NCBI GenBank assembly: GCA_964521645.1
Contig: CAZFSB010000001.1
Coordinates: 17,712 to 69,294, forward strand
Direction of reading: 5' to 3'
DNA: 51,583 nucleotides
DNA from: an uncultured Candidatus Saccharibacteria bacterium
GTDB lineage: Bacteria; Patescibacteriota; Minisyncoccia; Phycocordibacterales; UBA918
In this document: one piece after another, positions 24,593 to 32,893 of the stretch
Position numbering within the stretch: position 1 is the first letter of the stretch
Layout of the letters: each line of letters starts with the position of its first letter
Made by a program: the position numbers and the translations under genes
The notes under the pieces: generated by a model
Told to the model about the DNA's origin: nothing
The model's database searches: none
The model's input: the letters and a program-made list of their open reading frames with translations, nothing else

Positions 24593-26107
24593 ATGTCCAT
24601 TGCTCGTGTATACACCGTTCAACCGGAAGTGCTTCGTGGTACGGTCGTGACCATTGAAGCCGACATCTCTCGCGGTCTCCATGCTTTTTCGGTCGTTGGT
24701 CTCGCTAGTAAGGCCGTCGATGAAGCAAAGGATAGGGTAGGGAGTGCGATCAAACATTCCGGCTACCCCTCGCCGAAAACAAAGAATCAAAAGGTTGTCG
24801 TTTCACTGTCTCCGGCCGACCTTAAGAAGGAGGGCCCGCTGTTCGATCTTCCCATCGCGATCGCCTACCTGGAGGCAGCGGGCGAGATCGTCACTGATGG
24901 AATACAGCGGGCGTACATTGGCGAACTGGGGCTCGACGGCACACTACGACCGGTGCGCGGGGTCCTGAATTCAGTGGCCGCTGCTAAGGAGGCGGGTTTC
25001 GGTGAGATCATTGTACCGTCTGCTAATGCCAGTGAGGCCGGTCTGGTCGATGGTATCGTGGTGCGGCCTGCTCTCACATTGCGGGAGGTCATTGAGCACA
25101 TTGCGCCGCCAGAATCCTTCCCCTTTTCTCTTCCTGTCCAACCAGCAACCGAGATCGAGGGAGGTTGGTACGAGAGCAGTGTGTCGCTCGAGGATATTAA
25201 GGGGCAGGAGAGTGCGAAGCGGGGGCTCATCATCGCGGCGGCAGGTCGCCACAATGTCATTTTGGTCGGGCCGCCAGGCACCGGCAAAACCATGCTTGCG
25301 CGTGCCCTACGCTCGCTCCTGCCGCCGCTCTCTCGCGAGGAGGCACTGGCGGTAACCGCGATCCATTCGCTGATCTCCGGCGATCACTCCATCAGCACCC
25401 GACCACCTTTCCGTAGTCCTCACCACACCGCGAGCCACACGAGCTTGGTTGGAGGCGGGGCACACCCGAAGCCTGGGGAGGTGACCTTGGCACACCACGG
25501 CGTACTTTTCATGGACGAGTTTCCAGAATTTGAAAGGCGTTCACTCGATGCGCTGCGCCAACCACTCGAAGATCGGGTGGTCTCCATTTCACGAGTACAG
25601 GGGAGTGCGGACTTTCCCGCTGATTTTATTCTGATAGCTGCACTCAATCCCTACCGCGGAAGCGAAGACGGCACGACCGACCTGGCACGCGCGATGACCG
25701 AAACGTATAAAAATAAGATATCTGGACCGATCCTCGATCGTATCGACCTCTGGCTTGAGGTACCACATGTACCCTACGAAACTCTCACTACCTTGAACAA
25801 AGGTTCGGGTGAGACCGAACGGGCACGCGAGCAGATCCTCTCCGCTCGCGAGCTGCAGGCAAACCGTTTTAGCAACGTTACTACCAACACCAATTCCGGC
25901 ATGGCGGCTCGCGATATTGAAGCTCTCATCGACCTGAGTACCGAAGTGAAAGACCTTCTCAAGGTGTCCAGCGCAAAACTGAATCTCTCGCCACGGAGTT
26001 ACCACCGCCTCATCAAGGTGGCGAGAACGATCGCTGACCTCGCCGGGAAGGAGCACATTGAAACGCCCCATGTGCTGGAAGCGCTCCAGTACCGGGTGAG
26101 TCTATAA
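24593..26107 (+). CDS. comM: YifB/ComM-family Mg-chelatase-like AAA+ ATPase
   Basis: N-terminal Lon-like domain, Walker A GPPGTGKTMLA, Walker B VLFMDEFPEF, and a C-terminal ChlI-like region. Confidence 0.92.
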   Translation: MSIARVYTVQPEVLRGTVVTIEADISRGLHAFSVVGLASKAVDEAKDRVGSAIKHSGYPSPKTKNQKVVVSLSPADLKKEGPLFDLPIAIAYLEAAGEIVTDGIQRAYIGELGLDGTLRPVRGVLNSVAAAKEAGFGEIIVPSANASEAGLVDGIVVRPALTLREVIEHIAPPESFPFSLPVQPATEIEGGWYESSVSLEDIKGQESAKRGLIIAAAGRHNVILVGPPGTGKTMLARALRSLLPPLSREEALAVTAIHSLISGDHSISTRPPFRSPHHTASHTSLVGGGAHPKPGEVTLAHHGVLFMDEFPEFERRSLDALRQPLEDRVVSISRVQGSADFPADFILIAALNPYRGSEDGTTDLARAMTETYKNKISGPILDRIDLWLEVPHVPYETLTTLNKGSGETERAREQILSARELQANRFSNVTTNTNSGMAARDIEALIDLSTEVKDLLKVSSAKLNLSPRSYHRLIKVARTIADLAGKEHIETPHVLEALQYRVSL

Positions 26108-26109
26108 TG

Positions 26110-26301
26110 AAAAAGGCCGGCCCAGCGGGGCAAGAAGCGTAAAAGAAAACCATCCCTGCGGATGGTTTTCTAGCTTTTTGAGACGGAGCCATGTTTTTAA
26201 TTCCTTTCCTAGAATTAAAAACAGGCGAGTCCGGGGAGGAAGCGCTTAGTATTATTTCTGGGAAGCAGAAATTATACTTAGCGACTTGACCCGGCCTTTT
26301 T
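26110..26301. other. 192-nt convergent spacer folding as an 11-bp closing stem around three near-perfect hairpins
   Basis: AAAAAGGCCGG (26110-26120) pairs with CCGGCCTTTTT (26291-26301). H1 26145-26170 (11 bp, followed by a T-rich tract, probable comM terminator). H2 26193-26222 (11 bp). H3 26248-26278 (13 bp with 1 mismatch). Confidence 0.5.
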
Positions 26302-26314
26302 CATTTTCATCTAT

Positions 26315-27313
26315 CTAAATCGGGTTCTTGCCGCCGCGCACTTCAAAGTGTACATGAGTACCGGTCGATCGTCCGGTATTACCCATACCACCGATGACCT
26401 CACCCTGTGACACATACGCACCGACTCCTACGTCATTACGCATAAGGTGCGCGTAGAGGGTTTGGGTGCCATTAGGATGACGGATCACAATGTACTGGCC
26501 ATACCCACCATTCCAGCCAGAACTCTTTGAAACAATGACCTCTCCAGCAGCGGCAGCGCGGATGGCTGACCCGTATGAACCAGCGAGGTCCACCGCGTTA
26601 TAACCATGGATACCTTGGGTCTTTATCGAACCTGGAGCAGGGTGAGTGAATCCGGTCGAGGCCGCCGCTCCCGTACCAGAAACCCGAACTGGTCCTGCAC
26701 TCGCCACGCGCACCGGCGCGGCGTGCATGGCTCCACCTGGAATGATCAGGGTCTGGCCCACTGACAGATCTCCAGCCGAAGCGAGTTGATTGTATGAAAG
26801 GATCTCCTCTACGTCTCCTTGGTACTTTTTAGCGATCGAAGCGATAGTGTCGCCGCTTTTTATCACGTGGCGTACGCCAGCGATCGGCAAGATGACCAAG
26901 GTGTCACCCGGTTGAATGGCCGTTGCTTTCGTGAGGTCATTGGCCCACATGATGGTATTACTGGTCACGCCAAACATCTCAGCCACTTGGGAAAGGGAAT
27001 CACCGGGGCGAACGGTATACACTCGAATCTCTCCCATGCCGCTTTTTTGTTCAGCGATCTCATCTTCACCCACTGGACCAGTGGAAACCAGCGTGTTCTC
27101 ATTGACCATGATCTCGGCACCACCTCTTCCTCCCATTGGGTTCGGGTTCAAAAGCGCCGTGAGTAGTGATACATCGGTAGCTGCTGCCGGCGTTTCAGCG
27201 ATGACTGGCGCAACCGCGTTCGTTTCGTTTTTAGCGAAGAATTTACCGATCAAGTCAGCGTGCACGGAAAAGGGTACCGCGATGACGAGAGCGATCAGGA
27301 TCAACTCGGCCAC
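26315..27313 (-). CDS. LysM-domain M23 family metallopeptidase (peptidoglycan endopeptidase)
   Basis: GTG start at 27313 and an N-terminal TM. Two LysM repeats (YTVRPGDSLSQVAEMFGV..., HVIKSGDTIASIAKKY...). M23 motifs HGYNAVDLAG and GNTGRSTGTHVHFEV. Confidence 0.9.
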   Translation of the reverse strand: MAELILIALVIAVPFSVHADLIGKFFAKNETNAVAPVIAETPAAATDVSLLTALLNPNPMGGRGGAEIMVNENTLVSTGPVGEDEIAEQKSGMGEIRVYTVRPGDSLSQVAEMFGVTSNTIMWANDLTKATAIQPGDTLVILPIAGVRHVIKSGDTIASIAKKYQGDVEEILSYNQLASAGDLSVGQTLIIPGGAMHAAPVRVASAGPVRVSGTGAAASTGFTHPAPGSIKTQGIHGYNAVDLAGSYGSAIRAAAAGEVIVSKSSGWNGGYGQYIVIRHPNGTQTLYAHLMRNDVGVGAYVSQGEVIGGMGNTGRSTGTHVHFEVRGGKNPI

Positions 27314-27722
27314 TACTCGTGAGTACGTGGTCAGTTTGCTGTCTTTATTATATGTGGACTGATGCGTGCGTTTGCCAGAATCGGCACCAGTGTCTTGATT
27401 TTGAGGTTTTATAAGCTGTTCTTAGGTCTCGCCGCAGTTTCTGTCGTTACGCCCGTGCTTGTGTAGTAGAAGAAGGAAAAAGAGACTTTCTGTGTACTCT
27501 CATCCGCACCATTGTCGGTACGCCAGCTATTGTACCGGACAGCCCCGGGATGACAATTGACGTAATGCACTTTTCTCCGTAATGCCAAAATGTACCAGAA
27601 AACCCTTCTTTGGGGCCACACAATTGCTATTGACTCCCTTTCAATCTTGGGGCATAAGATTTTCGCACTTTCCCAGCGGCTCTCCACGGCCGACGGAACA
27701 GTCGTGGTATGATGTGCCACAC

Positions 27723-29684
27723 ATGCACGAAAATATTCCCTACCTAGAAGGACTTAACGCGCCCCAACGAGAAGCAGTAATGCACATTGACGGCCCGCTC
27801 ATGGTGCTCGCTGGCGCTGGTTCCGGCAAAACGAGAGTGATCACGCACCGCATTGTGCACATCATTCACCAGGGGGTAGCGCCACACAATATCCTGGCCG
27901 TCACCTTCACCAACAAAGCTGCCAAGGAAATGCGCGAGCGTGTCGTACATCTCACTCAAAAATATTTTCCCTCTGATCGGGCGGTCATTGATAGCTATCC
28001 GGTCGTTACCACCTTCCACTCGCTGGGTGTTCGTATTCTCCGCGAGTTCCACGAAACCCTTGGTTTACGCCGCCATTTCACTATTTACGACCGCGCCGAC
28101 AGCCAGCGAGCGGTGAAACAAGCGATCGAGCAGGCCGGCTACAACCCGAAAGAGTTCGAGCCGCGCAAGCTACTTAGTATCATTTCGCGGGCCAAAGGCG
28201 ACGCCAAGACCGTGCTGGAATTCAAAGATGCGGCCAGTTCTTTCCCAGAGCAGGTCGCGGCGGAGGTGTGGGAACGCTACGAGGAAATCCTCCGGGCCGA
28301 ACACGCCCTTGACTTTGATGACCTCCTCGCAAAAACGCTCTACCTGCTACGCGAACACAAAACTGTTCGAGAAACCCTCCAACAGCGCTATCAGTATATT
28401 CATGTTGATGAATTCCAAGACACCAACCGCGTGCAGTTCACCATCATGGAGCTCCTCACCGGCGAAGCGCAAAATGTCTGCGTGGTGGGCGACATAGATC
28501 AAAACATCTACTCCTGGCGGGGGGCTGATATCAAGAATGTACTGCAGTTTGAGCGTCACTTCCCCCGCGCCAAGACCATTCTCCTTGAGGAAAATTACCG
28601 TTCTACCCAAACCATCATCGCCGCCAGCAACGACATCATCAAGAAGAATCAGAACCGCGTCGAGAAAAATGTCTTCACAAACAATCAAGAAGGGGAGAAG
28701 CTCACTCTCTACGCTGGCATGACCGGACAAGATGAGGCTGAATATGTCGCACTCACTGCCAAGAGCCTCATTGCCGATGGCGCAGATCCTTCCTCGATAG
28801 CGGTCCTCTACCGCACCAACTTCCAGTCCCGCTCACTGGAGGAAGCCTTCCTTAATTATGAGGTACCGTACCAGCTCCTTGGTACTAAGTTCTTTGAGCG
28901 GAAAGAGGTGAAGGATGTCCTCTCATACCTCCGCCTCGCGCTCAACCCAGGCAGTAGCGCAGACCTCACCCGCATCATCAACGAGCCAGCGCGCGGCATC
29001 GGTAAAGTGACCATGCTCAAAGTAGTGGAAGGGAAGCGCAGCGAACTCAATGCTGGCGCAGCGGCGAAAGTAAAGGTGTTTGATGACATCATGCTCGATA
29101 TCGCTAAGACAGCGACCGAAAAACCCTTATCTGACACCATTAAATTCATCATGGCACGGAGCGGCATTGAAGCAGCGCTGAAAGAAGAGGGGACCGAAGA
29201 CGCTCTCGAACGCCTCGAAAACCTCCGAGAACTCGTGACCCTGGCGAGCCGCTTCAACGATACCAATCCAAGTGAGGCAGTCGAGCAACTGCTTGAAACC
29301 GCCGCTCTCCAGAGTGATCAGGATGAACTCAAGGAAAAAGAAGAACAAAATGCTGTGCGTCTCATGACCATTCATGCCGCGAAGGGCCTAGAATTCTCCT
29401 ATGTTTTCATTACCGGTCTGGAAGAAGGTCTCTTCCCCCATGAGCGCCTCGATGATGGCCGCACCGACCAAGAAGAAGAGCGACGACTTTTCTACGTCGC
29501 CCTCACCCGCGCCGAGAAGAAGATCTTCCTCACCTACGCGCATATGCGCACCATCTTCGGCAGCCAGCGCATCAATGTTCCTTCGTCATTCCTCAACGAC
29601 ATCAGTCGCGAACACGTCGAGAACGCCGAACCAGAAGGCAGGGGGCATAATTCTGGCTACGAGACCACGATCTATTTGGATTAA
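27723..29684 (+). CDS. pcrA: UvrD/PcrA-type ATP-dependent DNA helicase (SF1)
   Basis: ORF 27582 trimmed to ATG 27723 (MHENIPYLEGLNAPQREAV...). Motifs AGAGSGKT, VDEFQDTN, YRS, TIHAAKGLEF and YVALTRA. Confidence 0.93.
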   Translation: MHENIPYLEGLNAPQREAVMHIDGPLMVLAGAGSGKTRVITHRIVHIIHQGVAPHNILAVTFTNKAAKEMRERVVHLTQKYFPSDRAVIDSYPVVTTFHSLGVRILREFHETLGLRRHFTIYDRADSQRAVKQAIEQAGYNPKEFEPRKLLSIISRAKGDAKTVLEFKDAASSFPEQVAAEVWERYEEILRAEHALDFDDLLAKTLYLLREHKTVRETLQQRYQYIHVDEFQDTNRVQFTIMELLTGEAQNVCVVGDIDQNIYSWRGADIKNVLQFERHFPRAKTILLEENYRSTQTIIAASNDIIKKNQNRVEKNVFTNNQEGEKLTLYAGMTGQDEAEYVALTAKSLIADGADPSSIAVLYRTNFQSRSLEEAFLNYEVPYQLLGTKFFERKEVKDVLSYLRLALNPGSSADLTRIINEPARGIGKVTMLKVVEGKRSELNAGAAAKVKVFDDIMLDIAKTATEKPLSDTIKFIMARSGIEAALKEEGTEDALERLENLRELVTLASRFNDTNPSEAVEQLLETAALQSDQDELKEKEEQNAVRLMTIHAAKGLEFSYVFITGLEEGLFPHERLDDGRTDQEEERRLFYVALTRAEKKIFLTYAHMRTIFGSQRINVPSSFLNDISREHVENAEPEGRGHNSGYETTIYLD

Positions 29685-29725
29685 CTTTTTCGCAAAATAC
29701 CTAAAAAGTTTCTTTTTTAGGAATT

Positions 29726-29900
29726 AAATAACCAAACCTCTCCGTAACTCAGCCGAGTGCTACGCTGTGGGGTAGTTACACTCGCCTTCACGACGAGAAT
29801 TGCAAAACTCGTTTCACTCAGACAGTTGCAATTCTCTGTTACGTCTCGTTAACTACCAACCACCTCTTCGCAAGGCATCGTTATGGCGAGGTTTGGTTTT
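29726..29900. ncRNA. unclassified ~175-nt structured element, copy 2 (inverted relative to copy 1)
   Basis: Closing helix AACCAAACCTC (29730-29740)/GAGGTTTGGTT (29888-29898). Hairpin GAGAATTGCAA/TTGCAATTCTC (29795-29836) has a 20-nt loop that is the exact reverse complement of 18652-18671. Four further blocks are shared. Confidence 0.6.
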
Positions 29901-29954
29901 AAGCTTTCTCGTGATCCAGTTGCGCTATTCTGCTTTTTCTCGTACCGTACTGAC

Positions 29955-30752
29955 ATGTCGGAAAAATTCGAACACAAAAAATCCCTCGGGCAGCATTTTC
30001 TCAATAGCGACTACGTACCAAAGAAGATGTGTGACGCAGCAGGGGACATCGCCGGAAAGACCGTGCTGGAGATCGGCCCCGGGACCGGTGCCCTCACCAG
30101 AGAAATTCTTGCTCGTGGCGCGAAGGTGGTAGCTGTCGAGGCCGACCAGCGGGCGATCTCCGCGCTTGAAGCAGCTTTCCCGGCGGAGATCGCCCGCGGG
30201 TTCCTCATCCTCCACCACCACGACGCGCGCGCCCTCGACCCAGCTCAATTTGGCCTTGAAAAACATAGCTATATCGTCATTTCGAACATTCCGTACTACC
30301 TCTCTGGTTACCTCTTTCGCAGCCTTCTCGAAACTAGCTGCCAGCCGTCCACCCTGGTGTTTCTGATCCAAAAAGAGGTCGCCGAGCGTATCGCTCGCGA
30401 TAAAAAAGAATCTCTGCTTTCGCTTTCCATCAAGGCTTTTGGCGAACCTTCATATATATGTACGATCAAAAGTTGCCATTTCACCCCACCCCCAAAAGTT
30501 GATTCGGCCATTGTAGCCATATCTAGTATCGGCCAGCACCATTTCAACGATTTGAGCCAAGAGCATTTTTTCTCCCTCCTTCACCTTGGCTTTGGTCAAA
30601 AACGAAAACAGCTCTTAGGTAATCTCGCACAGCGCTACAATCGCGCTACGCTAGGCGACCTTTTCTCAACCCTTCACCTTGAACCAACGGTCCGCGCTGA
30701 AGATGTCTCCCTTGCTACTTGGCTAGCCATAGCGAAGTCTCTCCCGGTATAG
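29955..30752 (+). CDS. rsmA: 16S rRNA (adenine1518/1519-N6)-dimethyltransferase
   Basis: ORF 29883 trimmed to ATG 29955 (MSEKFEHKKSLGQHFL...). SAM motif VLEIGPGTGALT and SNIPYYLS. Confidence 0.92.
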   Translation: MSEKFEHKKSLGQHFLNSDYVPKKMCDAAGDIAGKTVLEIGPGTGALTREILARGAKVVAVEADQRAISALEAAFPAEIARGFLILHHHDARALDPAQFGLEKHSYIVISNIPYYLSGYLFRSLLETSCQPSTLVFLIQKEVAERIARDKKESLLSLSIKAFGEPSYICTIKSCHFTPPPKVDSAIVAISSIGQHHFNDLSQEHFFSLLHLGFGQKRKQLLGNLAQRYNRATLGDLFSTLHLEPTVRAEDVSLATWLAIAKSLPV

Positions 30753-30868
30753 AAGAAGGGCAGGGCGCTCCCTATCCACCACCATACGCACAGCTTATAC
30801 ACAGTTTTATACAAAAGTGTGTGCATTTCTTGCTGTAAGTCTTTATCGTACTGCTATACTTATGTCAT

Positions 30869-31759
30869 ATGCAGGGTCAGATCAACCCAAAGATAATTGG
30901 TGCAACCATTATTGGTTTTGCGCTTGTGGCTAGTGCTTTTACAGTGAGCAGTTTGCAGAGCGAGCGCACCATCCCTCAGCCGGCAGCAGTGGCTCTCGGT
31001 AGTCAACCACGTGCGCCAATCGCCGTCGTTGACAACGACAACAATGGTATCGAAGACTGGCGTGATGATTTCGTGACCACTGAGCCGGTCGTTCTTGATC
31101 AAGCCTCCTCTACCTACACCTTACCCACTACGCTGACCGGCAAGACCAGCATTGGTCTTCTGGAAAACTACGTTCGTTCCAAAAACTATGGTCCGTTCGG
31201 CAGTTCTGAAGAAGAGATAATCACCAACACCGTCAATTATCTCGCAAAAGAGACAGAGATCAAATTCTACAATACCCCCGATATCACGATCATGGAAACT
31301 TGGGACGACCAAGATATTCTCAATTACGCCAACGTTGTCGCCTCAACGATCTACAAACACAACGTGGCTGATACTGAAGGTGAGTTGGCCGTCCTCTATG
31401 ATATTCTTTCTACAAACAACTCTGCACGACTAGGGGAACTAACAGCCCTTTCTGAGATGTATAAGAACTATCGAGATGATACCCTACTGATCCCCGTTCC
31501 AGCTTTTCTGGTCAAAGAACACCTTGATCTCATCAACACCTACCACTCTTTACACGAGGACATTAAGGCGATGTTGCTCATATTTGATGACCCCGCTGTC
31601 ACCTTGTTACGCCTGAAACGTTACGAGGATGACACGACTGGCCTTGGTTACGCCCTTCAGAATATATACTTCGCTCTCGAGCCATACGCTTATTTGGTCA
31701 CCTCGGTTGAGGAGCCGGCCACCCTGTTCGCCATCTTCAGTCCTGATTTTAATAATTAA
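30869..31759 (+). CDS. hypothetical N-terminally anchored protein, first gene of the T4SS-like cluster
   Basis: N-terminal TM (IIGATIIGFALVASAFTV). TATACT lies 8 nt upstream of the ATG. No family recognised. Confidence 0.65.
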   Translation: MQGQINPKIIGATIIGFALVASAFTVSSLQSERTIPQPAAVALGSQPRAPIAVVDNDNNGIEDWRDDFVTTEPVVLDQASSTYTLPTTLTGKTSIGLLENYVRSKNYGPFGSSEEEIITNTVNYLAKETEIKFYNTPDITIMETWDDQDILNYANVVASTIYKHNVADTEGELAVLYDILSTNNSARLGELTALSEMYKNYRDDTLLIPVPAFLVKEHLDLINTYHSLHEDIKAMLLIFDDPAVTLLRLKRYEDDTTGLGYALQNIYFALEPYAYLVTSVEEPATLFAIFSPDFNN

Positions 31760-31769
31760 TTTATCATCT

Positions 31770-32885
31770 ATGGATACCTTTTTTACCTACCTTAAGAAAA
31801 GCCTCGTCGCCACAGTTTTTGTGATGTTTGCTTTGGTCGCCACCTACACCCCACAGGACTGGAATAAAGTGGAGGTGGCATATGCTGGTGGGGCGGGAGG
31901 TGGTGCCCTGGAGATAACACAACAGATACGTTGGGCCTTTGAAAAAGTCAACAACCTGGCAATAAAGATCTCAACCGGCATCTCTGCTTTTGCGACCAAC
32001 AGCCTTTGGATCAAGGAGAACTTTCTTGATGGTATCGCTTGGTACGCTGCCAAATTCATCATATCTCAAATAACGCAGAGTTTAATCAGTTGGATAAACT
32101 CGGGCTTTAAGGGTAGTCCGATGTTCATTCAAGACCTCGAGGCCTTCCTGCGCAACGCGGCCGATCAGGCGGTCGGCGAATATATCGATGAACTTGGTGG
32201 CCCGCTTTCCTTCCTTTGCGATCCGTTCAAGCTTGATATCCAAGTAGCCATCGCGATGCAGTACTACAAACAAGATCGCACCTCCCAACCAGCGCCAACC
32301 TGTACTTTGACCAACATCATTGGAAACATTGAAGATTATACTTCGGGAACCCTCGGAAGCTTTGAGCAAGGAGGTTGGGATAACTGGTTGAACATCGTCG
32401 CCCAACCGAGCGTATACACTCCATACGGCGCCTTGCTAGCAGCGCAGAGCGGGGCTGACATACGTGTACTCTCCACCATGGGAGAGGAGACGACCAAATC
32501 ACAGTGGACCAGCGGTTTCCTTTCGCAGCAGATCTGTCAGATGATATCAAGTGGAGGTACTACCAAGGAAAACTGTTTTATCACCACTCCAGGCAAGGCC
32601 GTTCAGGAAGCACTTGGTTTCAATCTTGACTCCGGTCGGGAGACCCTCGTCGCTGCCGATGAATTCAACGAACTGATTGGCTCACTCTTTAGCCAACTGG
32701 CCAATAAGGCACTTGGGGGTGCCGCCGGCTTACTGGGAATCTCTGGTGGCACTGGTTATACTGAGTACGACCCTTCTGGCACTACTTACCTCGACTCCAC
32801 CGTTCTAGATCAAATGGACCTATATATAGAATCGCAAGAACCGGAACCAGAACCGGAACCAGAACCGGAACCAGCAATGCCATAA
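31770..32885 (+). CDS. hypothetical N-terminally anchored or secreted protein with a C-terminal (Glu-Pro)7 repeat
   Basis: ORF 31629 trimmed to ATG 31770 (MDTFFTYLKKSLVATVFVMFALVA...), 10 nt after the upstream stop. Confidence 0.65.
   Translation: MDTFFTYLKKSLVATVFVMFALVATYTPQDWNKVEVAYAGGAGGGALEITQQIRWAFEKVNNLAIKISTGISAFATNSLWIKENFLDGIAWYAAKFIISQITQSLISWINSGFKGSPMFIQDLEAFLRNAADQAVGEYIDELGGPLSFLCDPFKLDIQVAIAMQYYKQDRTSQPAPTCTLTNIIGNIEDYTSGTLGSFEQGGWDNWLNIVAQPSVYTPYGALLAAQSGADIRVLSTMGEETTKSQWTSGFLSQQICQMISSGGTTKENCFITTPGKAVQEALGFNLDSGRETLVAADEFNELIGSLFSQLANKALGGAAGLLGISGGTGYTEYDPSGTTYLDSTVLDQMDLYIESQEPEPEPEPEPEPAMP
32838..32873 (+). repeat. 3 x 12-nt perfect tandem repeat (GAACCGGAACCA) encoding EPEP units
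   Basis: Read directly from the sequence. Lies at the 3' end of the 31770..32885 CDS. Confidence 0.9.
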
Positions 32886-32893
32886 CCATCACT

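Noticed and set aside
5541-26071. Numerous long antisense or out-of-frame ORFs inside confident genes, for example 5541-6167, 14059-14610, 20757-21221, 21910-22395, 23855-24394 and 25589-26071.
   Set aside because: Each lies wholly within a CDS that has clear family motifs on the other strand or frame. Their translations are Arg/Ser/Pro-rich, as is typical of shadow ORFs.
27362-27720. A possible 34-aa hydrophobic peptide (27362-27466, MRAFARIGTSVLILRFYKLFLGLAAVSVVTPVLV) and the 103-aa minus-strand ORF 27409-27720 in the 409-nt M23-uvrD spacer.
   Set aside because: Neither has a ribosome-binding or promoter context. The 103-aa translation is not protein-like and the peptide is too short to support without comparative data. 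The spacer remains unexplained.
15410-29900. The several long-range closing stems (15410-15503, 18576-18750, 19322-19424, 26110-26301, 29726-29900) might be terminal inverted repeats of a MITE family.
   Set aside because: The terminal arms have unrelated sequences in every case, and no target-site duplications are visible. Only the 18576 and 29726 elements are homologous, and they conserve internal loops rather than termini.
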